Shown in pieces: positions 42,472-56,673 of a DNA stretch of 64,000 nt (position 1 is the first letter of the stretch; every line of letters begins with the position of its first letter). Below the pieces are notes generated by a model. The model was not told the DNA's origin. It did no database searches and saw only the letters and a list, made by a program, of their open reading frames with translations. The DNA lies in NCBI GenBank assembly GCA_965153355.1, contig OZ231126.1:24242001-24306000 (forward strand). Direction: 5' to 3'. This DNA is from Flaccisagitta enflata. Its lineage: Eukaryota. The position numbers and the translations under genes are program-made.

Positions 42472-43185
42472 CAGCCCTGAAAATAGAGCGGGCCCGTGGG
42501 CCCGAGGCCCGCAAATTGGCCGTCGGGCCCGCTAATTATACTAGCTGCGGGCCCAATGGGCCCGCAGCAATTTTGCTTGGTATCCTTGCATCATAAATTG
42601 ATTCACCTTACATTCTTGTATTCTTATGGCGAACTGTCAGTTTGTTCTGAGGTAATATTGATACCAAACGGAAGAATAGCAATACCAAAATTTTTTTCCC
42701 CTGGAGATAGAAAGAGACACTTCTCAGCTTATATTCTTTGTATATTTTTGAATCGTTTTTAAATCATTTTTTAGATGCGGACACGCAACTCTATAAGAGG
42801 CTTTGTCCGTCCGTCCATCCGTTGGTCCGTTGGTCCATTGGTCCGTTGGTCCGTCCGGGGTCATCGAGTTGAAAAGTGGGAAAACGCGCATTTTCGCCCC
42901 TGCCCACCTGTCCGCAACTGGTATTGGCCGTGTATCCGGCCTTGTTTCATTCCACAACATTATTGTCATTTTATTATCATATATTGTTTTTCACTTCTCA
43001 TTTTACAGAAAAATACTTCTCAGCTACTCAATGTCAGAAGAAATTCAGCAATCGTGATGCACATTCATTTTGAATTCACATAGTAAATAGATAGATAAAA
43101 AAATGAAATAGTTTCGTTCCGGATTTGATGATTTGAAATATCTTGCTTTATAGTTCACCCAATGGATACAGCCATTTCTATTTTG

Positions 43186-43271
<86 letters not shown>

Positions 43272-43571
43272 AGAGGAGAGGCACAGACACACACACTGAG
43301 AGGGATGGAGACCCGGAGAGATGGGTAAAACCTCCTAGACAAAAGTTACTATTATTCTTTGCAAAATTCTTTCCATTTTTTAGGGAATAGTTTGCAAATA
43401 TAGAGAAATTCACTGCAGTGTTGTAGCTATGTGTTTAGATAGGCTTATGACAACAGAAAGCTTGGAATAACTATTTTTCAGTCGGGCCCGCTGTTTTTCT
43501 GTCGGGCACACAGAAATTGGAAGGAGCGGGCCCAATGGGCCCGACGAAAAAAATTACTATTTTCAGGGCTG
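42472..43571. mobile_element. hAT-type non-autonomous element
   Basis: 15-bp TIRs CAGCCCTGAAAATAG and CTATTTTCAGGGCTG; 8-bp TSD AAAATAAG/GAAATAAG (7 of 8 match); clustered subterminal GGGCCC motifs. Contains a HINE and (GA)n. Confidence 0.82.
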
Positions 43572-44541
43572 GAAATAAGGTAGAAAAAATGATATTTTTC
43601 ATAGAATATCATATTTTGTTACTTCACTTCTGTAAGGTGAAATTATATCATTGCATTAAAATAACAAAATTTGCATTTCCAAAAAAACATGGCCTCTTTT
43701 TAAAAACATATAAGAAAAGGGCCATGTTCTTAGAAATGCAAAATTTTTTTTACTGAGGCCGTGATATAATTTCACCCAACAACATTTTGAATTTTTGTTC
43801 ACTATTTTTCTAAGGAGTTTGAACTTTCAATTTTTATTACTGATCATTACGAATCTATAGTCAGTATTCTGGGTTTAAAAACATTGTTAAAACACCTTAT
43901 ACAGTATATCAAAATTATTTTTCTGAAAACAAAATAATCGGGAAAAAAGTCGAAGTCAGTCTTCGACTTTTTGACATATTTGAGAGAAACAGGGTTTTCA
44001 TTTTCTTATGAGAAAGTTGAGGGTCTCCTAGGGCTGATTGCACCCTCGAATGAAATTGATAGGGTTAGTAAATTTGATAATTCTCTTTCATTTGGCGCCA
44101 AGCAGAATGCTCTATGACAAATATATTTCGCGCTATGATTTTTTAAAGATTTATTTACGAAAAATTTGAATGAAATTTTTTTTTATTTTTTTTATTTTGT
44201 GTAGGATCAATAGAGGAGTGAATTTATGTTCACTTGAGCATGCAAATACATAAAAATGGTTTATGAGCACGGCTGCTCATCAGTGAGGGCATTTTTGAGC
44301 ATTTTAGCTCATTTAGCTCACTTAGCTCAATCTTTTTTTTCTGATTTCAAATACGATAAATGAATAAATATTTTCATACTTGTTTAAGCAAGCAAATAAG
44401 AAAAACATGTCAGTGAGCAGAGCTGCTCATCTATGAGGTGTTCTTAAGTATTCCAGCTCATTTAGCTCATTTAGCTTGCTCTTTTTTGTTGATTTTAAAT
44501 AGGATGAATGAATTAATGTTTTGATTAAAGCATGCAAATAC

Positions 44542-45221
44542 AATAGTCGCAAAAGCGTTAGATGGTCAGCGGTACCCGTTGCCCCTATGTGAGTGTAAGT
44601 GGGTGTGAGGTGGTTAGAGGGGCAGCGGCCCCGAAGGGGCCGATGACCTATGCTCAGTAATTTTTGAGGATCTAGGCTTGAAAGTGAGCATCAACAATGG
44701 GATTTGAGCCTCGAGGTTGGGATTTGAGCCTTGAGGTTGGGATGTGAGCCTCGAGGCTGAGATTTGGGCCTCGAGGCTGGGATTTGAGCCTCAAAGCTGG
44801 GATTTGAGCCTCAAAGCTGGGATTTGAGCCTTGAAGCTGGGATTTGAGCCTCCAGGCTGGGATTTGAGCCTCCAGGCTGGGATTTGAGCCTCCAGGCTGG
44901 GATTTGAGCCTCGAGTTTGGGATTTGAGCTTCTAGGTTGGGATTTGAGCCTCTAGGCTGGGATTGGAGCTTCTAGGCTGGGATTTTAGCCGCAAGGTTGG
45001 GATGTGAGCCTCGAGGTTGGGATTTGAGCCTCGAGGCTAAGATTTGGGCCTTGAGGCTAGAATTTAGGCCTTGAGGCTGGAAAATGAGCCCTGCAACTAG
45101 AATTTAGGCTTCGGAGCCAAAGGGGGGGGACGGAGGAGAAGGAGAAGGAGAAGGAGGAGAAAATCTCCCATATGTGTGAGAGCATAGGTCATCGGCCCCT
45201 TTGGGGCCGCTGCCCAAAAAA
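44542..45221 (-). mobile_element. Minisatellite-carrying HINE-like element (family D2)
   Basis: Inverted repeats GGGCAGCGGCCCC.AAGGGGCCGATGACCTATGC, tail AATAGTCGCAAAAGCGTTAGATGGTCAGCGGTACCCG, and about 19 units of GGGATTTGAGCCTCGAGGCT(G). It is inserted in a fragment of the 15071-19038 family. Confidence 0.78.
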
Positions 45222-47109
45222 GCATGTCAGTGAGTAAAGTTGGTTGTCTGGTTGAATAATTTAGAATGTTTTAGCTCATCTAGCTCATTTGGCTTAGTCC
45301 TATTTTTCTTTGATTTTTAGTGCAATCAATACATACAAATTGCTTTTGACTTGATCTAACAAATAAAAAAAATTTCACTGACTGAAAATAAAAGCTTGGT
45401 GAAAAGTGACCAATGCTTACGACTTTTTTCCTCACGGCGACAGCCGCCATTACTGGTATTTTTAAATCATAAATCTATATCAGAAGTAAAAAGTAATAAG
45501 AAACCAAAATTTCATGTTCCAGTACACCATGACTTAGAATTGTTATTCTTATTTGGGATTTTTTTCTGCTGGTCATCTTCTTAAACACAAAATTGATTAT
45601 GCCGACTCAAAAGACAGACGCGTAAGAATTTGTGGGACGGAATACTGATAAAACTTAAGACACATGATCCACGACAACCTGTCTAACGCTAGTTTACGGT
45701 AACAAGAGACAAGATTTTACAAGATCTTATAAGATTAGCTTTTTGTGCACGTTTAAAAGATATCATGTCTGTGTGTCTGTCCGTCGGTAATTCACGCATT
45801 TATATGACGATCAACCGGACGCACGTGTTGGCCCAGCTATTGGCTGTCTCAGAGATTTTCATGATCATATTCATCTGGAGGGCGTTGCGATTTTCTTCTA
45901 CAGGTTAGAGATCTCCAGAGGCTCCTATTCTTAAATGTCAAAGGGTTAGCAATAGCTTAGCACTAATAGGCGTATCAAGCGTTCGTTCTGAAGGTGGATG
46001 CGGCTCACATTCAGGAGTCGTCAAAACATTATGTTGGAAAAAAAAACTTTTTACAGTAGATATTTCTCATTGGCTTATTAAATTTCACTAATAATGGGCC
46101 AACTAGTTCTAAAATGAATTTTCTCTGTTCAGTTCTGACGCGCAAGAGTTAACCGTTTTACAAATGTTTTATCAATCCGGACAAGTTCAGCGAAGAGTCG
46201 TGAGCGTCGGACAACTGGTGTAAATGTTCAAAATACCTCCTATGATACTGTCGTCTATCCATCCCTATGTGATAAGTGATCTCACTGCATTATGCAAATG
46301 AGCTTTTGATAACGGTTTGTTTCTTACTAAATTCGGGATTAGTACCATTTGTGTACTACACAGCAGAATCGGTATCGGTGTCTGTAAGACGAATCGGAAA
46401 TGAAAGGGACAAATTGACGGATCAATTGATTGATGGACAGACAGACCAGCGAAACGAGAAAGCGACATGTCAGCATATAATAACGGGGAAAAACAATTAA
46501 CAAGGCCGGATACACGGCCACCAGTTTCGGACGGGTGGGCAGGGGCGGAAATGCGCGTTTTCACACTTTTCGACTCGATCATTACGGACCGACGGAACGA
46601 CGGACGGACCGACGGACAAAGCCTCTTGTAGAGTTGCGTGTCCGCTACTAAAAAGATATGTCGACTTTTGGTAAACAAAACAAAACAAAACAAAACAAAA
46701 CAAAACCACTATATGATAGGCCATAGGTAGGCTAGGGATGCCTCATGAATGAAGAAACCTTCTTCTTGCAGGAATAAATCAAAAGCTGTCTGCGAGTCCG
46801 ACGTATACATTACTGATTTGCTGTAAACTAATTCACTGTACCCGAGACATAACAACAATCCTCACTAAACGTATGAAATTGTTGTTGTTGTTGTTGTTGT
46901 TTTTGTTGTTGTTGTTGTTGTTGTTGTTGTTATTGTTGTTGTTGTTGTTGTTGTTCTTGTTGTTGTCATTGTGGTTTCGGTTGTGGTTGTGGTTGTGGTT
47001 GTCGTTGTGGTTTTGGTTGTGGTTGTCGTTTGCGTCATTGTCGACTTACAGTCCAACTTGCGCACTGACCAACGGGCAGTTCGGTTGTGCTGCTTGGATA
47101 ACAAGTACA

Positions 47110-47621
47110 ACGGTCAGTCGGTCGGTCGGTCGGTTGGTCGGTTGGTCGGTCACACGTTACTTTTTTTATTCGTTTTATTCCTATTAACTCATTTTAAGTC
47201 AATTAGGTCATTAAAGGTAAAATTAGATCATTTTAAATCATTTTAAGTCAGTTTAAGTCAATTTAAGTCATTTGAGTTATTTTAATAGTTTTCATCATTT
47301 TAGTGATTTTAGGTTTGTTTACGTAAATTTAGGTCAGCTAAATTCAATTTCAGTAATTCTAGTTCAATTTAAGTCATTTAAAGTCATTTTAAGTCAGTTT
47401 AAGTCAATTTAAGTTATTTTAGTCACTAAATCGTTTTAGTCATTTTAGGTCAATTCAAGTCAAATAAGGTCATTTTGAGTCATTTTAGGTCATTTTAAAT
47501 TATTTTAAGTTATGTTATATAAATTCAATTCAATAAAAGTCATTTTAGTTATGTGGTTATGTAATAAAAACTAATAAAGTAATTACGTATTTAAGTCTCG
47601 CACGCGACTTATAGGTGTTGG
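47110..47621 (+). mobile_element. HINE-like element with 10-bp TTAAGTCATT array; 3' end interrupted by the foldback and resumed at 50532-50557
   Basis: Same family as 37530-37835: (GGTC)n, a long degenerate TTTAAGTCAT array, then CTCGCACGCGACTTATAGGTGTTGG. Confidence 0.7.
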
Positions 47622-47660
47622 CTAGCCCACTATAAAAACACGCTTTTTCATGGTGAGGCC

Positions 47661-50530
47661 CTCTATCCAAGGAATCTGGCTCAAAATCATGTATATAGAT
47701 AGTCCATCACAAAAATTTGACCTTGGGGCTTCTCTAAAGTGTGCCCGCCACACCCCTCCTAATGCATAAGTGGTGGTGTTGTTTTTTTCACATTGTCACA
47801 TTTTACTCATCTTTGTATGCTTATATCTCCTAAACGAATAAAGCTAGTAACCTCAATTTGGGCTCATTTTGAAGAGCTTTACTTACTCTTTAAAATGAGC
47901 CCAAGTTGAGATCATTAGCTTTATTCGTTTAGAAGCAGTTGTCTTCCAAAGTTGATGTCTTTTTGGAGAAAATATTGATTTTTTCACAACTTTGCAAGCT
48001 TTTATCTCCTAAACAAATAAAGCTACTGACCTCAACTTGGGCTCATTTTGAAGAGCTTTACTTACTCTTTAAAATGAGCCCTTGTTGTGGTCTGTAACTT
48101 TTTTTGTTAAGAAGCAGTTGTCTTACAAAGCTGATGTCTTCATGAAGAAAATAGTAATACTTGTCATTAAACTAAAATTCTATAATTTGGCTTTTTTTTT
48201 CTACATAATGATAGTCAGGTGATGCACTGGCTCATTGGTAATTGCCGTCTACTGTGAGGGTAGAATAACAGATAAATAATGGGGGTTTGAGACCCATATA
48301 GGGCCCCTAAAGAGCCCACTTGGCCTCAAAAATGGTAAAAATTCCCCCAATACTGAAAAAAATTCTCTTTTTTCTACTTTGAGGTATCCCAGTCGCAGTG
48401 ATACACTGACTTATCAGTTATTTCCATGTAGTCTGGCAGGAGATGTACAGATGGTTAATAGAGGGTTGGGACCACTAGGGGCCCTTTGAAGAGCCCCTTT
48501 GGGCTCAAAAATGGCTCAATGATTGAAAAATACTTACTTTTCTGCTTTGAAGCACCCTAGAAGTAGTCCCACTCATCAGTAACTCCCATATAGCATGGTG
48601 GGATATGTGCAGGTGAATTACGGAAGATTTAGTTTCCTAGGGGCCCCATTGAAGTACCTGAGGGACCCAAAAAAAGCCCAAAATGCAATGGAGGAATATT
48701 AAGTATCTTATGTTTTTTTCTGTTCTGCTGCACTCAGTTGTGACACTGCCTTGTAAGTCATTGCAATGTAGTCATGAAAGAGATGTGTTAAGAGTCAAGG
48801 GGTCGTGAGTCCCCAAAGGCCACTTAAGAGCTCCCAAGGACATGTGAACAGAACAAAAATTGCTAAAAAATTGAGCAGTGTTCAGTTTTTGGGCAGCGGC
48901 CCCAAAGGAGACAAAGTCCTGTAGAACACTTTTGTTCGTCCATTTGTTCGTTTGTTTGTTTGTCCATCCGTTTATCCCCCAGCCCCCTTATCAGGCCCTC
49001 CACGCCTCAAATCTGGCCTTTGAGACCCCAGATCTGGCCTCTTAGACCTCAAATCTGGCCTCTCAGGTCTCAAATCCAGCCTCCCAGGCCTCAAATCCAG
49101 CCTTTTAGGCCTCAAACCTAGCCTCTCAGGGCTCAAATCCAACCTCTCAGGCCTACAACCTGGTCATTCAGACCTCAAATTAGGCTTTCCAGGCCTCAAA
49201 TTCAAATCCCCAGGCCTCAAACCTGGCCTCTCAGGCCTCAAATTAGGGCCTCTCAGGCCTCAAATTAGCTATCTAAGCCGTACTGCCCTTGGGCGACCTG
49301 TTTTCTTTTCTTTTTATTTTTTTAATTCTTGAGTTTCACACTGACTTATTAGTCATTGTCATCTGGTATTGAGAAAATTTGTAGGAGGATATTGGGGGAT
49401 TTTGATCATTAGGGACACGCATATCTGCACATCTCTTCTATGATTGTATGTTAAATGGTTATATAAGGTGGCGTCATGGTACAATGCAGCAGAAAACAAA
49501 AAAGAACATAAGATGATATTCTACCATTTTGGAGCCTTTTGAGGTCCTTAAGGAGGCCCCCAGGGGTCTTGATTTTCTGTAATAAACCTGTACATATCCC
49601 ACTACACAAGACAGGAATGACTGATGGGTCAAGACTACTACTAGGGTGCTTCAATGCAGAAAAGTAAGTATTTTTTCAATCTTGGAACAATTTTGGTTAT
49701 TTTTGAGCCCTTAAGGACCTTTCAAAGGCCTCCCAGGGGTTCTAACCCTCTGTTAACCATCTGTTCATCTCCTGCCACACTAGATGGAAATTACCAATGA
49801 GTCAGTGTACCACTAGGATACCCCAAGGCATAAAAAAAAGCATTTTTTTTCAGTATTGGGGTCATTTTTACCATTATTGAGGCCATGTGGGCTTTTTGAA
49901 GGGCCCTCAGCGGGTCCCAAACCCGCATTATTTATCGGTTCTTCTACCCCCACGGTAAATGGAAGTGTATCACTTGACTATAATGGGGTAAAATAAAAAA
50001 CCAAAAAATGAAATTTAAGCTTAATGACAAGATTACTTTTTTCTTCATGAAGACATCAGCTTTGTAAGACGACTGCTTCTTAACAAATGAAGTTACAGAC
50101 CTTAACTTGGGCTCATTTTGAAAAGTAATAAAAGCTCTTCAAAATGAGCTTAAGTTGAGGTCAGTAGCTTTATTCGTTTGGGAGATACAAGCTTGCTAAG
50201 TCGTGACCAAAATCAATATTTTATCCAAAAAGGCATTAACTTTGGAAGAAAACTGCTTCTATATGAATACAGCTGATGATCTCAACTTAGGCTCATTTCA
50301 AAGAGTAAGTAAAGCTCTTTAAAATGAGCCCAAATTGAGGTCACTAGCTTTATTAGTTTGGGAGATATAAGTTTACAAAGATGATTAATATATGACAATG
50401 TCAAAATAACAACACCACCACTTATGCATTAGGAGGGCTGTGGCGGGCACACTTTAGAGAAGCCCCAAGGTCAAATTTTTGTGATGGACTATCAATATAC
50501 ATGATTTTGAGCCAGATTCCTTGGATAGAG
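47661..50530. mobile_element. About 2.9-kb foldback element with roughly 1.1-kb modular arms
   Basis: CTCTATCCAAGGAATCTGGCTCAAAATCATG... and its inverse ending at 50530. Arms run about 47661-48770 and 49450-50530, with a D1 element in the centre. Confidence 0.82.
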
Positions 50531-51443
50531 AGCGACTTATAGGTGTTGGGCCTGTTCTCTCCTACAACGCGAATAAAAAAAAAGCCGCACCCTTTTGTAG
50601 TTAGGTAGAAGAGATTGTTTCAAAAATTTTTCATTCAAATGATTTGAAAATTTTTGAATTTTCTTTCAATCTAGACCAATCCAAGGTCTGTATCTCAAAC
50701 CGTTTAGAAGTTAGAGCTTGTCAAAGTGAACCTCTGTTTTGTGAAAATGCTTCTTTTTCAATAGAATTGCAAAACTGAAAATGACAATGTTTCACTCTTT
50801 TTTATGCCACATCTAAACGAATAAAGCTAGAAATACCAGATTGGAGCCAAATGAAAGTTCTTTTTGAGAGCTTTAAAATGGTCTAAGATTTTGACTGAAT
50901 ATTTTGAAATTCAATATGATGAATTGTCATTTAAAAGTGCGGCATTTTTATTGATTCGCGTAGTATAGCTTTAGGCAAAACATCGCCCGGTCTTTAAAAA
51001 AAGAAATACCCGTTCCCCCACATTCAGTCCAAGGGGATCAGTCAACCTCAAAGCTTGGAGGCCAAAACCGAAACCCACTGTAATTTATGAGCCATAAATT
51101 AAGCGCGGGGTTGTAAAGCTGTCATAAGTCATGCGCTCTGAAGGGGGGAGGAGACGGAGAGGGACAGAGAGAGGGAGGAAAGTAGGAGGAAATTGTGTGT
51201 TGGTGAAGGGAAGGAGGAAGAGAAAGGAGAGCGGGAAGGAGGAGCAGAAGGAGGAAAGCGTTTGGATGAGGAGGAAGAGGGGAATTGACAGACGTTTGGG
51301 TTTTGTAAACTGGTGAAAGAGAAACAGAGAGAGACAAAATCAAAATGAAAATAGGGAGGGGAAAACGGGACATTTATTGTCATGTTGCACGACGGGTACG
51401 CGTTGGTCTGGAAGGGAGGGAGGGATAGAATGTAAGTTAGTGT

Positions 51444-51561
<118 letters not shown>

Positions 51562-51852
51562 AGAGATAAGTGAAGGAGGAGCTAAGGAAAAGGGGGGGGG
51601 GGTAAAGGAGGAAGTAGAGGGAGGGGATAATGCTGGATTCAGAGTCGTATGTCACCGTGACTGTGTTAACGTATTCAGACAGGCAGCGATGAATCATATC
51701 TAAAAGGCAAAAGGCAAACAAATGTACACATACAAACGAGAAAACAAAGCAAAACTTCAAAGAAGGACGGTGAAAAAGATAAAGTGGCGAAATATGAAAA
51801 TATAGTGGAGAAAAAAAACCGTGGTCGCGTCCGCAACAAAGAAACGTGAACG

Positions 51853-52067
51853 AAAACAAGGCCGGATACACGGCTACCCCAGTCGCGTGCGGGTGGGCAG
51901 GGGCCATAATTGAGGTCACTTCATCTTTTGGGTGCAGGTGCGGTGAGGCCAGAAACCGCAAAAAAAAAAAAAAGTAAAGGGTGACGGACCAACGGACGGA
52001 CCAACAGACGGACCGACGGACGGACCGACAAAGCGGGGTGTAGAGTCGCGTAGCACGCGACTAAAAA
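51853..52067 (-). mobile_element. HINE-like element, AGTCGCGTG subfamily (degenerate copy follows at about 52070-52280)
   Basis: AAAACAAGGCCGGATACACGGC...AGTCGCGTG ... AGTCGCGTAGCACGCGACTAAAAA. Confidence 0.8.
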
Positions 52068-52995
52068 CTAAAACGCGGGGTTACAATATCGCCGTGGACA
52101 GGTCGGCAGCGGCATACACCCCTTTCTCCACACACGCACTCACACACAAAAAATGCGCGTTTCTTCGTTTCTTGACTTGTGCGTTACAGGCGGACCTGCA
52201 GACGGACAAATGGACGGACTGGGAGAAGGACCCACGGACAGGCAAAGCCTTTTATAGAGTAACTCGTTTGTCCGTGACAAAGAAGTGACCAAAAGGCAAA
52301 AAGAGAGAAACAGGCAGACAGAGTCAGAGACTGACATACAGTGAAACAGACAGACGTAGATGGACGGAAATACAGATTCACAGACAATCAGCCTGACCGA
52401 CATTCAAGAAGACAGTAAGAAAAACAGATAGATAGAAAGATAGATAGATAGATCTGTCTAAGTCTAGAGACATACAAAAAGAGACAGGGGCAAAAAAAAA
52501 AAAAAGAAAAAAAAAACAACAAAAACAAAAGACAACAGTGAGACTCAGACAGACAAAGACTATGAGATAGACACTGAAAGACAGAAAGAAAAAGAGTGTA
52601 TCTGTCGACCCCTTGTCGCGTTTATTTCGTATTCAGTAACAAGAGTTTGTTCGGTTGTTCGGGTTCGAGGTGGCTCAGAGGAGGAGGAGGAGGAGGAGAA
52701 GGAGGAGGAGCCTCAGAGGAGGCGGTTCTCTTGTCTGGCGTCGTTGTTTATGGGGTGAGATGAGGTCACCGAAATTCACGTCAAATTTTCATGCGTGGTC
52801 TCTGTTTATTGGTTTTTCCCTCTTTCTTTCTCTCTCGCCAGGGGGCACATGCAAGGTGTAGGTTTCCACATACAGGAAAATAATAAGACAGGGAAAAAAA
52901 TGGGCGAAAATTGTTTTCAAAAAAAGTAAAAAAGAAACAATACATATAGATGAACGCAAACTAGTCGGGATGGATGGAAGAAAAAAACAGAAAAT

Positions 52996-53104
<109 letters not shown>

Positions 53105-53105
53105 A

Positions 53106-53157
<52 letters not shown>

Positions 53158-53682
53158 AAACAAGAGACGGATATTGTCATGTTTTCTTTTTCTTTTTCCT
53201 GTGCATCAGAATTTACGATCTCGCAACAATTTTTTTCGAATAAAAATGAAATTTGGATGCGTTTTTGGTCGTGGTTGTTGATGTTGAAGCTGCCTCCGGC
53301 GTTGCCGTTGTCGAAGTTAATGTTGGTGGCGCAACCTCGAGATTCCCAAAGAAATCACAAATGCAATAAGTAACTTATGTCAAAAAGAGAAAAAAAAACA
53401 ACAAAAGGTTGTCGACTTCTTGTCAATTTATTAGTAGCGTCGTGACGTCCATCCGTCGATTAGTCCCTCCGCCGCTCTGTCCGTCTGTCTGTTCGTCTGT
53501 AACATTTTTGAATTGCGAGCAGTTTTCGCATTAGTTCTCCTTCCCAACCATCCGCGACTGGATTGCCGTGTATCCGGCCTTGTTACTCGCGGACTCGAGA
53601 CTTTATACATTGCTGTGTTGGTCTGTTTATCATCCGTCCCTCATTCGGTCGATCCCTCCGTAATTCTCTCAGAATGTGGTCC

Positions 53683-54083
53683 TTTTGGGCAGCGGCCCCG
53701 AAGAGGTCGATGACCTATGCTTTCACACATATGGGGAATTTTCTCCTTCTCCTTCTTCTCCCTCTCCTTCTTCTCCATCCCCCCCCCCCACAAATCCCAG
53801 TCTCGAGGCCCAAATCCTAGCCTCGAGGCCCAAATCCTAGCCTTGAGGCTCAAATCCTAACCTCGAGACCCAAATCCTAACCTGGAGGCCCAAATCCTTG
53901 AAGTCTAAATCCCAGCATAGAGGCCCGATCCCAGGAGGAGAAGGAGAAAATTCCCTATATGTGTGAAAGCATAGGTCATCGACCCCTTCCGGGCTGCTGC
54001 CCTGCTCCCCCTTCAACTTCAAGCACAAACTACTCAGGCAGGGCACGGGTACCGCTGACCATCTGACGCTTTTGCGACTATTT
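53683..54083 (+). mobile_element. Family D2 element, apparently complete
   Basis: TTTTGGGCAGCGGCCCCGAAGAGGTCGATGACCTATGCTTTCACACATATGGGG, 21-bp repeats, the inverted copy, and a tail ending GACGCTTTTGCGACTATTT. Confidence 0.78.
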
Positions 54084-54745
54084 GTGTTTTTATTCCCCAT
54101 CTCGAAACCCTTGGATTTTATTCCCCCAAAACAAAACAAATCAAAACAAACAAACAAACAAACAAACAAACAAACAAACAAACAAACAAACAAACAAACA
54201 AACAAACAAACAAACAAACAAACAAAAGAAAACAAAAAAGATCCCGAACGAACCAGTCTAGGCGGTGGAAAGCTGCGGTTATTATGGGCGCTGGAGTTAA
54301 GATAGGGCGGGTGGGGGGATACGGAAATGCGCATTTTCGAACATAGCGACGCGAAGGAAGGTCAGACAGACAGATAGATTGACGGATAACAAGCCAGACT
54401 GATACACGGACGGACAGATGGATGACGCGTTATTTTGAATTGGTAGTCCAAATTGCAGTTTTCGATGATAACGAAAGGTGCATAATGAGGCGCCAAATCG
54501 CACTAAAGAGCATCCCTTTATTTGCTGATTTATTGTTTTGTTCACATATTTGTTCATCATTTTGTACGTTTTTTCCTAAATCTCCGACTCTTGCAACTCG
54601 ATCATTGATTCAATCATCTATTTTGCTCGTTCAATTTATCGATCGTTTGTCCATCTGTTCGTTTGTTCATTTAGTGGTAATTTTTTCTTTACAAGTAATG
54701 CTGGGGCGTTTTTTTTTGTTAGAAGGTTTGGTTGTAAGTATTTCG

Positions 54746-54777
<32 letters not shown>

Positions 54778-56117
54778 AATTACAAGGCAGATTTGCTCTG
54801 GATGACTGGTGGGACAATATCCCTCACTATACTACATGTTTTGCTGTCATCACCGTTTGTCATTGATAAGTGGGAACAAGAGCTACAGCCTTGCAGGAAC
54901 CCCCAAAGTCAAAGAAAAAGCCTTCATCACAGGTTGATGTTGTCTGATGGCTCAAAGACGGAAAGTGAGGATAATAAAGATGTACCAAACCTGAAATGCG
55001 GAGCCTCTAAATGTTGGGGAGAGGGCGAGGCCGGATCCAGGCTCGACAAACCTAAACAAAATATATTTCGAATGTCAGTGATGTTGTCACATATTTCACA
55101 TCAGGAGGAGAGTTGAATACGCTCTTGCTTTGCACAATGCGTATGAAGACGGTCAGGTTAAAGTCAAATTCTAAGCCTTGCAAAGTGGTCTGACAGACTA
55201 ACGAACTGATAGTGTTTTTGCGGTTTGGGATAACGCACCTCAAAAAATGAGGGTCAAGTCGATGTACATATGGATGAAGCGAAGACGACGAGAAGCCATT
55301 AGAAACGAAAAACGAGGTTAAAAGCATGTAAAAGAAGAAGGGGAAAGTTGGGTAGGTCTCATGGGATTATAGGCTCAACCCGAGGTGGGAAGGGGGAAAC
55401 CGGAATGTGGGGTGGGGGAAGAGGAAGAGCTTTTGGTAACAAGTTTTTCATTACAAGTTAACAAGGCCAAATACAAGGCTACCGAAGTCGCGTACGGGTG
55501 GGCAGGGGAAGCAATAAAAAAAGCTAACAAAGCATTTGGGCAGGAGCCATAGTGCAAAACCGCCTAGAAACACCAAAAAAGCTAGGTGTGACCGTTCGAC
55601 TGACACACCATCCAACCATACGACCGACATAGCGACTGAAAAGTAGACAAATGTTTTCGCAGAAAACCGATGATGAAAATTAAGATTATTTCCGATGCGG
55701 CGATTATAAAGTAGCACACTACTACACTGCACACAGGTCGATCTTTGCCATGTGGGTATGCCATGTGGGTATGTCACGAAAGCCTTTAGCCTCTCCCAAA
55801 CCAGGAACCCTAATGCCCAAAAGTGTTCTAGCATCGGTGAAGGTGACTGGGGTGGTGCCTGTTTGATAAGGGTGGTAAATCTTAGGTGGGGGTTTGAGCT
55901 GGAGTGGCCACAAATGCTTGTGTCGCAAAAGTTTTCAGCGTCCCCCGGACCAGGGGAACGGCGATTTGTGGTCCTGCGTGGGTGAGGGTGATCGGGAGCT
56001 TCAGGGCAAGACCGAAGCAAAGGTCATCTTACGGGTCAATGATAATGATCTATAAAACAGAATAATGATCGTAGCCTCGACTCACCAGCGCGCCTCAGTA
56101 CGCAGCCCAGGAATCAA

Positions 56118-56326
<209 letters not shown>

Positions 56327-56363
56327 CTTTCATTGCTGGTTTTTCATTGAGTCCGGCTTGTCG

Positions 56364-56673
56364 TTTTTTAGTCGCGTGCTACGCGACTCTACACCCCGCT
56401 TTGTCGGTCCATCCGTCGGTCCATTGGTCCGTCAGTCCGTCGGTCCGTCGGTCCGTCAGTCCGTCGGTCCGTCGGTCCGTCAGTCCGTCAGTCCGTCGGT
56501 CCGTCCTTCCGTTGGTCCGTCCGTCGGTCTGTCGGTCCGTCCGTCACACTTTACTTTTTCGGCGTTTAAGGGGTTTTTTGCCTTACTGCTCCTGCCCAAA
56601 TGCTCCATTGACCTCAATTATGGCCCCTGCCCACCCGCACGCGTCTGGGGTAGCCGTGTATCCGGCCTTGTTT
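56364..56673 (+). mobile_element. HINE-like element, AGTCGCGTG subfamily
   Basis: TTTTTTAGTCGCGTGCTACGCGACT, long GTCC/GTCG tract, ends GCCGTGTATCCGGCCTTGTTT. Degenerate relatives at about 676-840, 29089-29255, 53430-53584 and 55460-55642. Confidence 0.8.

Noticed and set aside
44700..45100. CRISPR-like regular repeats
   Set aside because: The 21-bp units are contiguous with no unique spacers, there are no cas genes, and the context is eukaryotic.
54793..56040. ORFs 54793-55116, 55052-55327 and 55451-56020 as retroelement or gene fragments
   Set aside because: No convincing motif or splice structure; one ORF runs through a HINE.
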